Shown one piece after another: positions 8,973 through 17,747 of a DNA stretch of 32,000 nucleotides (the first letter of the stretch is position 1; each line of letters starts with the position of its first letter). The stretch covers positions 2,970,001 to 3,002,000 of the forward strand of contig NC_014033.1 in NCBI RefSeq assembly GCF_000025925.1, read 5' to 3'. The position numbers and the translations under genes were made by a program. Under the pieces are notes generated by a model that was not told where the DNA came from, searched no databases, and worked only from the letters and a program-made list of their open reading frames with translations. Source of the DNA: Xylanibacter ruminicola 23 (GTDB lineage: Bacteria > Bacteroidota > Bacteroidia > Bacteroidales > Bacteroidaceae).

Positions 8973-9015
8973 CATGATTATTTGCAATCTGCCAAATAAT
9001 ATCAGAAAAAATGCG

Positions 9016-9023
9016 TAACTTTG
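9016..9023 (+). promoter_or_regulatory. -7 promoter box (TAnnTTTG) for dusB
   Basis: TAACTTTG lies 8 nt upstream of the ATG at 9032. It sits inside the ORF-track N-terminal extension that starts at 9011. Confidence 0.5.
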
Positions 9024-9031
9024 CACCCGAA

Positions 9032-9979
9032 ATGAAGATAGGCGATATAGAATTTGGACAAAATCCGGTGTTTTTGGCACCGATGGAGGATGTGACTGAT
9101 ATTGGTTTCAGACTGCTTTGCAAGCGGTTTGGAGCTGCGATGGTGTATACTGAGTTTGTAAGCGCCGAAGCGCTGATACGCGATGTAAAATCTACTATCT
9201 CGAAGCTCACCATCAGCGATACCGAGCGCCCCGTAGGCATACAGATCTACGGTCGCGACGTAGAGGCGATGGTTGAAGCAGCCAAAATCGTGGAACAAGC
9301 CGGTCCGGATCTGATCGACATTAACTTCGGCTGCCCAGTAAAAAAGGTGGCAGGCAAGGGTGCTGGCGCAGGCATGCTGCAGAACATACCAAAGATGCTG
9401 GAGATTACCAGCAAGGTGGTAGATGCCGTAAAGCTGCCCGTAACGGTGAAAACACGCCTTGGCTGGAACCACGAGCAGCTGATTATCACCGAGTTGGCCG
9501 AACAGCTGCAGGATTGCGGCATTAAAGCGCTGACTATCCACGGCCGCACACGCAGTCAGATGTACACAGGCGAGGCCGACTGGACGCTGATTGGCGAGGT
9601 AAAGCGCAACCCACGCATACATATTCCTATTATAGGTAACGGCGATATACACAGTCTTGACGAGGCCGACGAGGCATTCAAGACCTATGGCGTAGATGCC
9701 ATCATGATTGGTCGCGCCACGTTCGGCTGTCCTTGGATTTTCAGTCGCGAGGAACTCGACTTCAACCAGAAGCTGGACATCCTTGAGGAGCTGCTGCGTA
9801 TCAACGTGGAGCGTATAGACGAGAAACGAGGCATCCTCCATACCAGAAGACACCTCGCTGCTACACCTATATTTAAAGGAATTCCCGATTTCCGACAGAC
9901 CCGTATCGCCATGCTGAGAGCCGAGAAGATGGACGAGCTCTTGCAGATACTGGAGGATACACGAAAGCTGTTAGGCTAA
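9032..9979 (+). CDS. dusB: tRNA-dihydrouridine synthase (Dus family, DusB-like)
   Basis: MKIGDIEFGQNPVFLAPMEDVTDIGFR ... INFGCP ... KTRLGW ... TIHGRT are Dus flavin TIM-barrel signatures. I moved the start from 9011 to 9032 because the -7 box lies within 9011-9031. The alternative start at 9011 is not excluded. Confidence 0.85.
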   Translation: MKIGDIEFGQNPVFLAPMEDVTDIGFRLLCKRFGAAMVYTEFVSAEALIRDVKSTISKLTISDTERPVGIQIYGRDVEAMVEAAKIVEQAGPDLIDINFGCPVKKVAGKGAGAGMLQNIPKMLEITSKVVDAVKLPVTVKTRLGWNHEQLIITELAEQLQDCGIKALTIHGRTRSQMYTGEADWTLIGEVKRNPRIHIPIIGNGDIHSLDEADEAFKTYGVDAIMIGRATFGCPWIFSREELDFNQKLDILEELLRINVERIDEKRGILHTRRHLAATPIFKGIPDFRQTRIAMLRAEKMDELLQILEDTRKLLG

Positions 9980-9996
9980 TCCTTTTAAATGACATT

Positions 9997-11127
9997 TTAG
10001 AACCACCCCATGAGCGAACGCAGATAGGCTGTAAGTTCGCCAGCCATCTTTTCGTCCTGATACACATTGGGATGCCAATCGTTGCCGTACCACTCGTCGC
10101 CGGCGATGGGCGCCATATCAAAGCGGTAAACCTCGTTATCGCCAGCCTTCTTGGCTTCGGCAGTCACCTCGTCGAGCAACTGCTTCACCTGCTGCAACTC
10201 CTTGTTATACAGCATCGAACCCGACAGGAACACAATCTTAGCCTTGGGGTTATGCAGGCGCACCATCTGCAGCAGCTTCTTGTAGTTCTGCTTCAGCAGC
10301 TTCAGGTCGTAGTTGTTGGTCGAAGTATCGTTGGTACCCAGATTGATGCAGATCACATCAGGCTGATAACGGCCGAAATCCCATTTTTCGCGCAAGAAAG
10401 TAGCCTCGTGGCGCAGTTCCGGCTTCCAGGCATAGCCGACATACTCGTACTGCACCAGCATGTTCGACTCGGGGTTGCCCGTCTTGGGACCGTCGTAGTT
10501 GCGATAAGCACCAATACCACTGCGAGCCACCACCCAGTGCTGGGCATTCAGATTGCGCGCTGTGATCGAGGCATACGAGTAATAATGATTCTCAGTCGCA
10601 TAATCAAAATGCTCCTCTTTCTTCAATCCCTCGTTACCATAGCCGCAGGTAATCGAATTGCCGATGAATTCTATCTTTCTTGAGGGAAAAGCAGGCGCAT
10701 CAACCAACTTTTTGCCTTTATCGAGCACAAAGCCCCAGAACTCTGGGAAAAACTCGTAACCCTCGATGGCATACATCAGTTTAACCGTATGCACACCATC
10801 TGCCAGCGCTGTAGCCAAGGTCACCAGCGAATCGCGCTCACCACGAAAAGCCACCTTGAAAGGCTCGGCCTTATCAATCTGAGCCATAAAATAACCACTC
10901 TGCGGCTTGGCCAGCATGCGCAAAGAAGTGCCCTCGAAGGCAGCCGCTATCTGCACACCAGGAAAGTTGAACGCAGGGCGCTCGGGGTTAGTAAAGCTGA
11001 TACGTCCGGCATACTGAATGTGGGCATCAGTAGGTTTGATTACTTCGCCTTGGATAGGCATGGTTTTAATGGCCATCAGCTGTTGGCACAACATAGCTGC
11101 GAAAGCTATCAAAAACAATTTTTTCAT
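9997..11127 (-). CDS. SGNH/GDSL hydrolase, carbohydrate-esterase family 2-like acetylesterase, secreted
   Basis: I chose the start at the signal peptide MKKLFLIAFAAMLCQQLMA (ATG 11127). The ORF-track start at 11211 would overlap lemA and both divergent promoters. SGNH blocks are present: FIGNSITCGYG (block I), NLGTNDT (block III) and GNDWHPN (block V). A ~170-aa beta-sandwich-like N-terminal domain resembles CE2 esterases. Confidence 0.75.
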   Translation of the reverse strand: MKKLFLIAFAAMLCQQLMAIKTMPIQGEVIKPTDAHIQYAGRISFTNPERPAFNFPGVQIAAAFEGTSLRMLAKPQSGYFMAQIDKAEPFKVAFRGERDSLVTLATALADGVHTVKLMYAIEGYEFFPEFWGFVLDKGKKLVDAPAFPSRKIEFIGNSITCGYGNEGLKKEEHFDYATENHYYSYASITARNLNAQHWVVARSGIGAYRNYDGPKTGNPESNMLVQYEYVGYAWKPELRHEATFLREKWDFGRYQPDVICINLGTNDTSTNNYDLKLLKQNYKKLLQMVRLHNPKAKIVFLSGSMLYNKELQQVKQLLDEVTAEAKKAGDNEVYRFDMAPIAGDEWYGNDWHPNVYQDEKMAGELTAYLRSLMGWF

Positions 11128-11148
11128 ATAATTTTTAAGTTTTGGTGG

Positions 11149-11156
11149 CAAAGTTA
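11149..11156 (-). promoter_or_regulatory. -7 promoter box (TAnnTTTG) for the SGNH esterase
   Basis: The minus strand reads TAACTTTG, 21 nt upstream of the ATG at 11127. Confidence 0.5.
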
Positions 11157-11169
11157 CGAAATCTTTTTG

Positions 11170-11177
11170 TATCTTTG
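11170..11177 (+). promoter_or_regulatory. -7 promoter box (TAnnTTTG) for lemA
   Basis: TATCTTTG lies 28 nt upstream of the ATG at 11206. Confidence 0.5.
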
Positions 11178-11205
11178 CCCCAATTAAACCATAAAATTTT
11201 AAATT

Positions 11206-11784
11206 ATGCAAGCAGTAGGAGTATTTTTCGGCGTTATCGTCGCCCTCGCAGTTATCATCATCGGTTACTTTATTTCAACCCAGCGCAGCCTGGTAAGTCT
11301 CGATGAAATGTGCAAAAATGCCCTGAGCCAGATCGAGGTTCAGCTTAATTCGCGTTTCGATGCAGTAGTAGCTTTGGCTAAAACGGCAGCACAGTATGCC
11401 AAGCACGAGAGCGAAACCATTATCCAGACCATCGAAGCCCGCGGAGGTCACACATCGGCCGCCACACCAGCAGGCATCAACGCCCAGTCGGATCTGTTAG
11501 GTCAGATGATGAGCCGCCTGAACGTAGTGGTTGAGCAGTATCCAGAACTGAAAGCCAGCGAGCTTTACCAGAATGCACAGGCAGGACAGGCCGAGTACGA
11601 GGAGAACGTACGCATGTCGCGTATGGTTTACAACGATACCGCTACCAAGATGAACCGTATGGTTCGCCAGTGGCCATCAAGCATTGTTGCACAGATGCTG
11701 CATTTCGATGTAAAAGACTATCTGAAGGTTGACAACGAGAAGAAAAAGGACTACCCCGATCTCGATGAAGCCTTTAAAAAATAA
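11206..11784 (+). CDS. lemA: LemA family membrane protein
   Basis: 192 aa. An N-terminal transmembrane helix (GVFFGVIVALAVIIIGYFI) is followed by the LemA-type region RSLVSLDEMCKNALSQIEVQLNSRFD ... YNDTATKMNRMVRQWPSSIVA. Confidence 0.85.
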   Translation: MQAVGVFFGVIVALAVIIIGYFISTQRSLVSLDEMCKNALSQIEVQLNSRFDAVVALAKTAAQYAKHESETIIQTIEARGGHTSAATPAGINAQSDLLGQMMSRLNVVVEQYPELKASELYQNAQAGQAEYEENVRMSRMVYNDTATKMNRMVRQWPSSIVAQMLHFDVKDYLKVDNEKKKDYPDLDEAFKK

Positions 11785-11810
11785 AGCTTGAAAAGTGAAA
11801 AATTATAAAT

Positions 11811-11844
11811 AGCCACAGATTATTTTGTAGTCTGTGGCTTTTTT
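11811..11844 (+). terminator. Rho-independent terminator after lemA
   Basis: AGCCACAGA (11811-11819) pairs with TCTGTGGCT (11831-11839), giving a 9-bp stem with an 11-nt loop. The 3' arm runs into a six-T tract, TTTTTT (11839-11844). Confidence 0.8.
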
Positions 11845-11846
11845 CG

Positions 11847-11854
11847 TAATTTTG
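11847..11854 (+). promoter_or_regulatory. -7 promoter box (TAnnTTTG) for ruvB and the downstream operon
   Basis: TAATTTTG lies 10 nt upstream of the ATG at 11865. Confidence 0.55.
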
Positions 11855-11864
11855 CACACGAAAT

Positions 11865-12902
11865 ATGATGGACGAAGATTTCGATATTCGTGAAGAACGC
11901 TTCTCTCAAGGCGAGAAGGACTTTGAGAACGCTTTACGACCGCTGAGCTTTAGTGACTTTAGCGGTCAGAAAAAGGTTGTAGAGAATTTAGAGGTGTTTG
12001 TAGAGGCCGCCAAATATCGTGGCGAGCCCTTGGATCACACCTTGCTGCACGGTCCTCCAGGACTGGGTAAGACAACCCTTTCGAATATCATCGCCAACGA
12101 GCTGGGTGTAGGTTTCAAGATTACCAGCGGCCCTGTACTCGACAAGCCAGGCGACCTGGCCGGCATCCTGACGTCACTCGAGAAGAACGACGTGCTTTTC
12201 ATCGACGAAATCCACCGTTTGTCGCCTGTAGTAGAGGAATATCTCTACAGCGCTATGGAGGATTATCGCATCGACATCATGATTGACAAAGGTCCGTCGG
12301 CACGTAGCATCCAGATTGACTTGAACCCGTTTACGCTGGTGGGCGCCACCACCCGTAGCGGACTGCTTACAGCACCTTTGCGTGCCCGTTTCGGTATTAA
12401 CATGCATCTGGAGTACTACGAGCCCGAAACGCTGCAGGCCATCATAGAGCGCTCGGCAAACATCCTGGGTGTACCCATTACCGAAGATGCAGCCCTGGAG
12501 ATTGCAGGCCGTTCGCGTGGAACGCCACGTATCGCCAACGCCCTGTTGCGCCGTGTGCGCGACTTTGCGCAGGTGAAAGGCAACGGTACCATCGACACCA
12601 AGATTACTCGCGTGGCACTCACAGCCCTGAACATCGACAAGTACGGTCTCGATGAAATCGACAATAAGATTCTGCTCACCATCATCGATAAGTTCCGTGG
12701 CGGTCCTGTGGGCATCACCACCATCGCTACAGCTATCGGCGAGGATGCAGGCACCGTAGAGGAGGTATACGAGCCGTTCCTCATCATGGAGGGCTTTATC
12801 AAGCGAACCCCTCGCGGACGTATGGTTACCGAGCTGGCTTACAAGCACTTCGGGCGCAACCCTTATGGCGGAAACATTATGCAACCCAATCTGTTTGACT
12901 GA
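11865..12902 (+). CDS. ruvB: Holliday junction branch-migration helicase RuvB
   Basis: 345 aa. It has Walker A (GPPGLGKTT), Walker B ([10 protein letters not shown]) and sensor motifs ([26 protein letters not shown]). Confidence 0.95.
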   Translation: MMDEDFDIREERFSQGEKDFENALRPLSFSDFSGQKKVVENLEVFVEAAKYRGEPLDHTLLHGPPGLGKTTLSNIIANELGVGFKITSGPVLDKPGDLAGILTSLEKNDVLFIDEIHRLSPVVEEYLYSAMEDYRIDIMIDKGPSARSIQIDLNPFTLVGATTRSGLLTAPLRARFGINMHLEYYEPETLQAIIERSANILGVPITEDAALEIAGRSRGTPRIANALLRRVRDFAQVKGNGTIDTKITRVALTALNIDKYGLDEIDNKILLTIIDKFRGGPVGITTIATAIGEDAGTVEEVYEPFLIMEGFIKRTPRGRMVTELAYKHFGRNPYGGNIMQPNLFD

Positions 12903-12903
12903 T

Positions 12904-13353
12904 ATGAGAACAGGAATATTTGTGGGGAGTTTCAACCCCTTTACAATTGGTCACGATTCTATCGTGCGACGTGCATTGCCACTCTTCGACCGATTGGTAA
13001 TCGGCGTGGTTGGCGATAATGTTCACAAGCCCGATATGCCCAAAGCCGAGGAGCGTATGCAGGCTATCAAAGAGCTCTATGCCGATGATCCACGCATAGA
13101 AGTGAAACCCTATCACGGCTTAGCGATGGACTTTGCCAAAGCCGAAAACGCCCAATTCATCGTAAAAGGTGTGCGCACGGCGAGCGACTTTGAATACGAG
13201 CAATGGCAGGCCGATTTTAATCGCCGCTTGGGTGGTATCGAGACGATTCTGCTTTATACTGAGCCTGAACTGGCCAGTGTATCATCGAGTGCTGTACGCG
13301 AGCTGCAGCATTTTGGCGTAGATGTAAGTGCTTATATACCGAAAAAACATTAA
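12904..13353 (+). CDS. coaD: Pantetheine-phosphate adenylyltransferase CoaD
   Basis: MRTGIFVGSFNPFTIGHDSIV carries the nucleotidyltransferase (T/H)xGH motif, and SSSAVRE is present near the C-terminus. The start ATG at 12904 lies 1 nt after the ruvB TGA (TGATATG). The ORF-track start at 12865 would overlap ruvB by 38 nt. Confidence 0.88.
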   Translation: MRTGIFVGSFNPFTIGHDSIVRRALPLFDRLVIGVVGDNVHKPDMPKAEERMQAIKELYADDPRIEVKPYHGLAMDFAKAENAQFIVKGVRTASDFEYEQWQADFNRRLGGIETILLYTEPELASVSSSAVRELQHFGVDVSAYIPKKH

Positions 13354-13355
13354 CT

Positions 13356-13778
13356 ATGATTATATACGAAGCAGAGGGAGTGAAATTCCCTAACATCAAG
13401 AAGCGAGAGACTACTAGCTGGATTCGCCAGGTGGCAGCCAGTTATGGTAAGAAAGTCGGTGAAATCGGCTATTTGTTCGTGAACGATGAGAAGATTCTCG
13501 AAGTGAACAATCAGTTCTTGGGTCACGACTACTACACGGATATCATCACCTTCGACTACTGCGAGGGTAAAACCATCAGCGGTGATATCTACATCTCTGT
13601 CGACACGGTGTTTACCAATGCCGACAAGTTCGGTCGCCCCTACGACGAGGAGCTGCACCGTGTAATCATTCACGGCATTCTGCACCTGTGCGGCATTAAC
13701 GACAAGGGTCCCGGCGAGCGCGAAATCATGGAAGCCGCTGAGGATAAGGCACTTGCCTTGCTGAAAGAAGAAGAATAA
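13356..13778 (+). CDS. ybeY: rRNA maturation endoribonuclease YbeY
   Basis: 140 aa. It has the metal-binding segment HRVIIHGILHLCGINDK and a typical YbeY length. The gene starts 2 nt after the coaD stop. Confidence 0.88.
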   Translation: MIIYEAEGVKFPNIKKRETTSWIRQVAASYGKKVGEIGYLFVNDEKILEVNNQFLGHDYYTDIITFDYCEGKTISGDIYISVDTVFTNADKFGRPYDEELHRVIIHGILHLCGINDKGPGEREIMEAAEDKALALLKEEE

Positions 13779-13793
13779 GTTTTAAGGAAAGAT

Positions 13794-14189
13794 ATGAAGA
13801 GATTGATGATGACTGTGAGCTGCTGCTCACTGATGGTTGTCGCCCTCACGCTGATGAGTTGGACAGCCGACGACACGATGACAAAGGAAAACGGGATGAC
13901 AGTAATCAACACCACTACACTGGGCAAGGATGTGCAGGGCTTTCTGGGCACTACACCAGTTAAAATCTATATCCAGAAGAACAAGGTAGTAAAGATTGAG
14001 GCCCTGAAGAACCAAGAGACACCCAAATACTTCCTGAAGGTAAAGAAGAACCTGCTGGACAAGTGGAACGGCGTAAAGGTTAAGGATGCCAAGAAGATGA
14101 AGGTTGATGCCGTAACAGGCGCCACCTACTCTTCGAAAGCTGTCATCGAGAACGTACAATTAGGATTGGATTACTATTCTAAGCACTAA
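13794..14189 (+). CDS. FMN-binding domain protein, exported or membrane-anchored
   Basis: 131 aa. It has a hydrophobic N-terminus (MKRLMMTVSCCSLMVVALTLMSW) and the FMN_bind motif VDAVTGATYSSKAV, where the Thr is the usual site of covalent or bound flavin in this domain family. Confidence 0.7.
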   Translation: MKRLMMTVSCCSLMVVALTLMSWTADDTMTKENGMTVINTTTLGKDVQGFLGTTPVKIYIQKNKVVKIEALKNQETPKYFLKVKKNLLDKWNGVKVKDAKKMKVDAVTGATYSSKAVIENVQLGLDYYSKH

Positions 14190-14206
14190 TCACGGTGCAA
14201 AAGCCT

Positions 14207-15358
14207 ATGGATATAGCCATTTATACACTCACTTCGGAGCTGCACGACGAGGCGGCTGTAGGAGCAGTTACTCAGGAGTTCCTGGGTAGCTTAGGGATTG
14301 AATACACGCTGAAAGGCAACGATTACAGCGATTACGGCACTCACACGCTGTCGGTCATTTATGTGCGCACAGGCGGTACCGAGGGTATTTTCAAACGCTT
14401 GCTGCCCCAGTTGCGTCAGCAGTCACAGGCACCTTTCTATCTGCTCACATCGGGTAAAAGCAACTCGCTGGCGGCATCGATGGAGATTCTCTCGTATCTG
14501 CAGCAGAACTACCTGCAGGGCGAGATTATTCACGGAAGTGCCGATTACATCGCACGCCGACTGCAGACCTTACAGAAGGTGCAGGAAGCAAAACGCCAGC
14601 TGAACGGTGCACGTTTGGGCATTATCGGCGAACCTTCCGACTGGCTGATTTCGAGCGTAGCCGATCCAAAAGCCGTAAAAACCAAGTTAGGTATCGAGTT
14701 GGTAGAAGTGCCCATTTCGGAACTGTTAGAGGGTATCGACAAGGTAACCGAAGGCGAGATGCCCGATCGTATCTACCAGGCTCTGAAAACTATTGTAAAC
14801 AAGCACAATCTACAAGGCTTTACGCTGCGTTGTTTCGATTTGCTCACAGCCGTACATAATACAGGTTGCTGGGCACTGGCCAAGCTGAATGCCGAGGGTA
14901 TTGTGGCCGGTTGCGAAGGCGATGTGCCAGCCATGTTATCGATGGCTATCACCAATGCCTTGCTGGGCGTATCAGGTTTCCAGGCTAATCCATCGCAGAT
15001 TAACCCCGAAACAGGCGAGATGCTGTTTGCGCATTGCACCATACCATTGAATATGGTTGAGCGCTACGAACTGGATACGCATTTTGAGTCGGGAATAGGC
15101 GTTGGAATCAGAGGTTTCATGAAGGAAGGCCCCATTACAGTATTCAAGGTATCAGGCGATCTGAAGCGCAGTTTCATGGCCGAGGGCGAACTGGTTAAAA
15201 ATCAGGCCAAACCCGACCTCTGCCGCACGCAGCAGGTAATACAACTGGCTGATAATGAGCAGACTGCCTACTTCCTGACCCACCCCATTGGTAATCACCA
15301 CATTATCACACCAGGAAAGAACCGCAAGCTGTTCGAAGACTTTATCGCATCATTATAA
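14207..15358 (+). CDS. L-fucose/L-arabinose isomerase-like family protein (function uncertain)
   Basis: About 383 aa. The segment VAGCEGDVPAMLSM and the overall layout resemble the FucI/AraA-related (COG2407-like) family as I recall it. This is not verified by any search. The ORF-track start is GTG at 14195; I prefer ATG at 14207. Confidence 0.5.
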   Translation: MDIAIYTLTSELHDEAAVGAVTQEFLGSLGIEYTLKGNDYSDYGTHTLSVIYVRTGGTEGIFKRLLPQLRQQSQAPFYLLTSGKSNSLAASMEILSYLQQNYLQGEIIHGSADYIARRLQTLQKVQEAKRQLNGARLGIIGEPSDWLISSVADPKAVKTKLGIELVEVPISELLEGIDKVTEGEMPDRIYQALKTIVNKHNLQGFTLRCFDLLTAVHNTGCWALAKLNAEGIVAGCEGDVPAMLSMAITNALLGVSGFQANPSQINPETGEMLFAHCTIPLNMVERYELDTHFESGIGVGIRGFMKEGPITVFKVSGDLKRSFMAEGELVKNQAKPDLCRTQQVIQLADNEQTAYFLTHPIGNHHIITPGKNRKLFEDFIASL

Positions 15359-15361
15359 ACA

Positions 15362-16522
15362 ATGAACGAGGCCACGCTCGCATTTATCCGTAGTCATGCT
15401 AACGACGACGTACGGCAACTGGCACTTCAAGGCAAGAAGAACCCTGAAGTGGACATGACGTACGCACTCGACCAGATAGCAGGCCGGCAGAAAGCGCGCG
15501 TAAAAATACCATCATGGGCGGCTAACGACGACATTATGTATCCGCCTCACCTGTCGATGGAGCAATGCTCGAGCGAAGCCACAGCCCGCTATAAAGCCCA
15601 GATAGCCGGCAAAGGCAAAAGAATAGTAGATTTAACCGCTGGTTTTGGCGTTGATATGGCATTTATGTCGGTCAACTTTACCGAAGCGGTACACGTAGAG
15701 CAGCAGGCGGCATTATGCGCCATTTCATCGGCTAACTACGCGTGTTTAGGCTTACAGCATATCAACGTGGTTTGCAACGACGGTGTGGCCTATTTGCACC
15801 AGATGGCGCATGCCGATCTGATATTTATCGACCCAGCCCGACGCAACGAGCATGGCGGGCGCACCTACGGCATTGCCGACTGCACCCCAAACGTGCTGGA
15901 ACTTATCGATGAAATGCTTGAAAAAGCCGATCGCGTGATGATAAAACTATCACCCATGCTCGATTGGCAGAAAGCCGTTTTGGACATCGGAAATGTAAGC
16001 GAAGTTCATATCGTTTCGGTGGCCAACGAGTGCAAAGAGTTGCTCTTGGTAGTAGATTGGAAAGTCCAGAATCTAAAGGTGTTCTGCGTAAACGACGGAC
16101 AGGTATTCAGTTACACATCGAACGATGAAATCCGCAATTTTTATCAGCAGCCATCCAATCCCCGATATCTGTACGAACCCAACGCATCGGTGATGAAAGC
16201 CGGATGCTTCCAACTCATAGCCCAACGTTTCGGCATCAGTCAGCCCGATAAAAACAGTCATTTGTTCCTATCGGAGCAGATAATCCCTGATTTCCCAGGA
16301 CGCGGATTTGTGATTGAACGCACCTGTACGATGAACAAACGGGAGCTGAAAACAGGCTTGACAGGTATTAGCCAAGCCAATATCGCTGTGAGAAACTTCC
16401 CGCTATCAGTAGCCGACCTGAGAAAGCGACTGAAGCTGAAAGACGGCGGCGAGATATATATTTTTGCCACCACAAGCGCCGAGAAAGGCCATCTGCTGCT
16501 GGTTTGCCGAAAAATATCATAA
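15362..16522 (+). CDS. Class I SAM-dependent methyltransferase with a THUMP-like / PG_1098-type C-terminal domain
   Basis: 386 aa. Motif I is RIVDLTAGFGVDMAF and the motif IV-like segment is LIFIDPARR. The family is conserved in Bacteroidota and its substrate is unknown. The gene starts 3 nt after the upstream stop. Confidence 0.7.
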   Translation: MNEATLAFIRSHANDDVRQLALQGKKNPEVDMTYALDQIAGRQKARVKIPSWAANDDIMYPPHLSMEQCSSEATARYKAQIAGKGKRIVDLTAGFGVDMAFMSVNFTEAVHVEQQAALCAISSANYACLGLQHINVVCNDGVAYLHQMAHADLIFIDPARRNEHGGRTYGIADCTPNVLELIDEMLEKADRVMIKLSPMLDWQKAVLDIGNVSEVHIVSVANECKELLLVVDWKVQNLKVFCVNDGQVFSYTSNDEIRNFYQQPSNPRYLYEPNASVMKAGCFQLIAQRFGISQPDKNSHLFLSEQIIPDFPGRGFVIERTCTMNKRELKTGLTGISQANIAVRNFPLSVADLRKRLKLKDGGEIYIFATTSAEKGHLLLVCRKIS

Positions 16523-16550
16523 TATTTTTTGTTATTTGCCACTTTTTTCT

Positions 16551-16558
16551 TATCTTTG
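16551..16558 (+). promoter_or_regulatory. -7 promoter box (TAnnTTTG) for the GNAT-like gene, parE and downstream genes
   Basis: TATCTTTG lies 34 nt upstream of the ATG at 16593. A TTTG at 16528-16531 sits 19 nt upstream of the box, which is -33-like spacing. Confidence 0.55.
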
Positions 16559-16592
16559 CATCGTTTTTAAGCTTAACGAACAAAGAGAGAAT

Positions 16593-17747
16593 ATGTCTGC
16601 AGTAGAAATTAGAAAAGTCACGGATAAGAAAAGTCTCAAAGCCTTTATCGACTTCCACTACGACTTGTATAAGGGCAATCAATACGATGCGCCCAACTTG
16701 TTCAGCGACGATATGCATACCTTGAGCAAAGACAAGAATGCCGCCTTCGAGTTTTGCGAAGCCGAATATTTCCTGGCTTACAAGGATGGTAAGGTGGCTG
16801 GACGCATAGCCGCTATCATCAATCATCGCGCCAACGATGCCTGGAACCGTCAGAGCGTGCGCTTTGGATGGGTAGATTTCATCGACGATTTGGAGGTGAG
16901 CAAGGCCTTGTTCGACGCCGCTGAGAAATGGGGCCGCGAGAAAGGCATGACCGAAATGGTTGGTCCGTTAGGCTTTACCGATATGGACCCCGAGGGCATG
17001 CTCATCGAAGGCTTCGACCAGATGGGCACCATGGCCACTATCTACAACTACCCCTACTACCCCAAACACCTGGAACAGTTAGGCGGCTGGGAGAAAGATA
17101 ACGACTACGTTGAGTTCAAGCTCATCGTGCCAAAGGAGGGCATCCCCGAGAAGTTCAAGAAGATTGCCGAGCTGGTGATGAAGCGTTATAATCTGCACCC
17201 AGCCCACCCCAAGCGCAGTCAGGTGTTTGGTAAGGAGCAGATTGGTCGCAAGGTGCTCGATGTTGTAAACAAGACCTTCGGACATCTGTACGGCTACTCA
17301 CAAATGACTGAGGCTCAGATAGATGAGTATCTGAAGATGTACTTCCCCATGCTCGACATGAACCTGGTTTGCTTGATTGAAGACTGGAACACACCCAACC
17401 ACGACATCGTTGGTGTGGGCATCTCAATCACTTCGATGACCCGCGCGCTGCAGAAGTGTCGCCGCGGTCGTTTGTGGCCATTCGGATGGTGGCATTGCTT
17501 GAGAGCACTCAAGTTCCACAAGGCCGAGTGTGTAGATCTGATGCTGGTAGGCATTCTGCCCGAATATCAGCAGAAGGGGGCCAACGCCCTGCTGTTCTAC
17601 GACCTCATTCCACGCTACCAGAAATACGGCTTCAAGTGGGGTGAAACCAACGTTGAAATGGAGACAAACGAGAAAGTGCAGAGCCAGTGGCAGTATCTGG
17701 AGCACACTCAACATAAACGCAGAAGATGTTTCAAAAAGAATCTATGA
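16593..17747 (+). CDS. GNAT-like N-acetyltransferase family protein (uncharacterised, ~384 aa)
   Basis: [26 protein letters not shown] ... [13 protein letters not shown] ... [21 protein letters not shown] ... [15 protein letters not shown] carries a Q/RxxGxA-like acetyl-CoA loop. The ORF-track start at 16464 runs through the promoter and overlaps the upstream gene, so I rejected it. Confidence 0.6.
   Translation: MSAVEIRKVTDKKSLKAFIDFHYDLYKGNQYDAPNLFSDDMHTLSKDKNAAFEFCEAEYFLAYKDGKVAGRIAAIINHRANDAWNRQSVRFGWVDFIDDLEVSKALFDAAEKWGREKGMTEMVGPLGFTDMDPEGMLIEGFDQMGTMATIYNYPYYPKHLEQLGGWEKDNDYVEFKLIVPKEGIPEKFKKIAELVMKRYNLHPAHPKRSQVFGKEQIGRKVLDVVNKTFGHLYGYSQMTEAQIDEYLKMYFPMLDMNLVCLIEDWNTPNHDIVGVGISITSMTRALQKCRRGRLWPFGWWHCLRALKFHKAECVDLMLVGILPEYQQKGANALLFYDLIPRYQKYGFKWGETNVEMETNEKVQSQWQYLEHTQHKRRRCFKKNL

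Noticed and set aside
11128-11211. A 28-codon N-terminal extension of the SGNH esterase ORF (MHNLKFYGLIGAKIQ...).
   Set aside because: It would cover both divergent promoter boxes and overlap the lemA start. The signal peptide begins at the internal Met (ATG 11127).
16464-16592. A 43-codon N-terminal extension of the GNAT-like ORF (MPPQAPRKAICCWF...).
   Set aside because: It overlaps the 3' end of the methyltransferase gene and runs through the TTTG/TATCTTTG promoter. The first ATG downstream of the promoter (16593) gives a sensible N-terminus.
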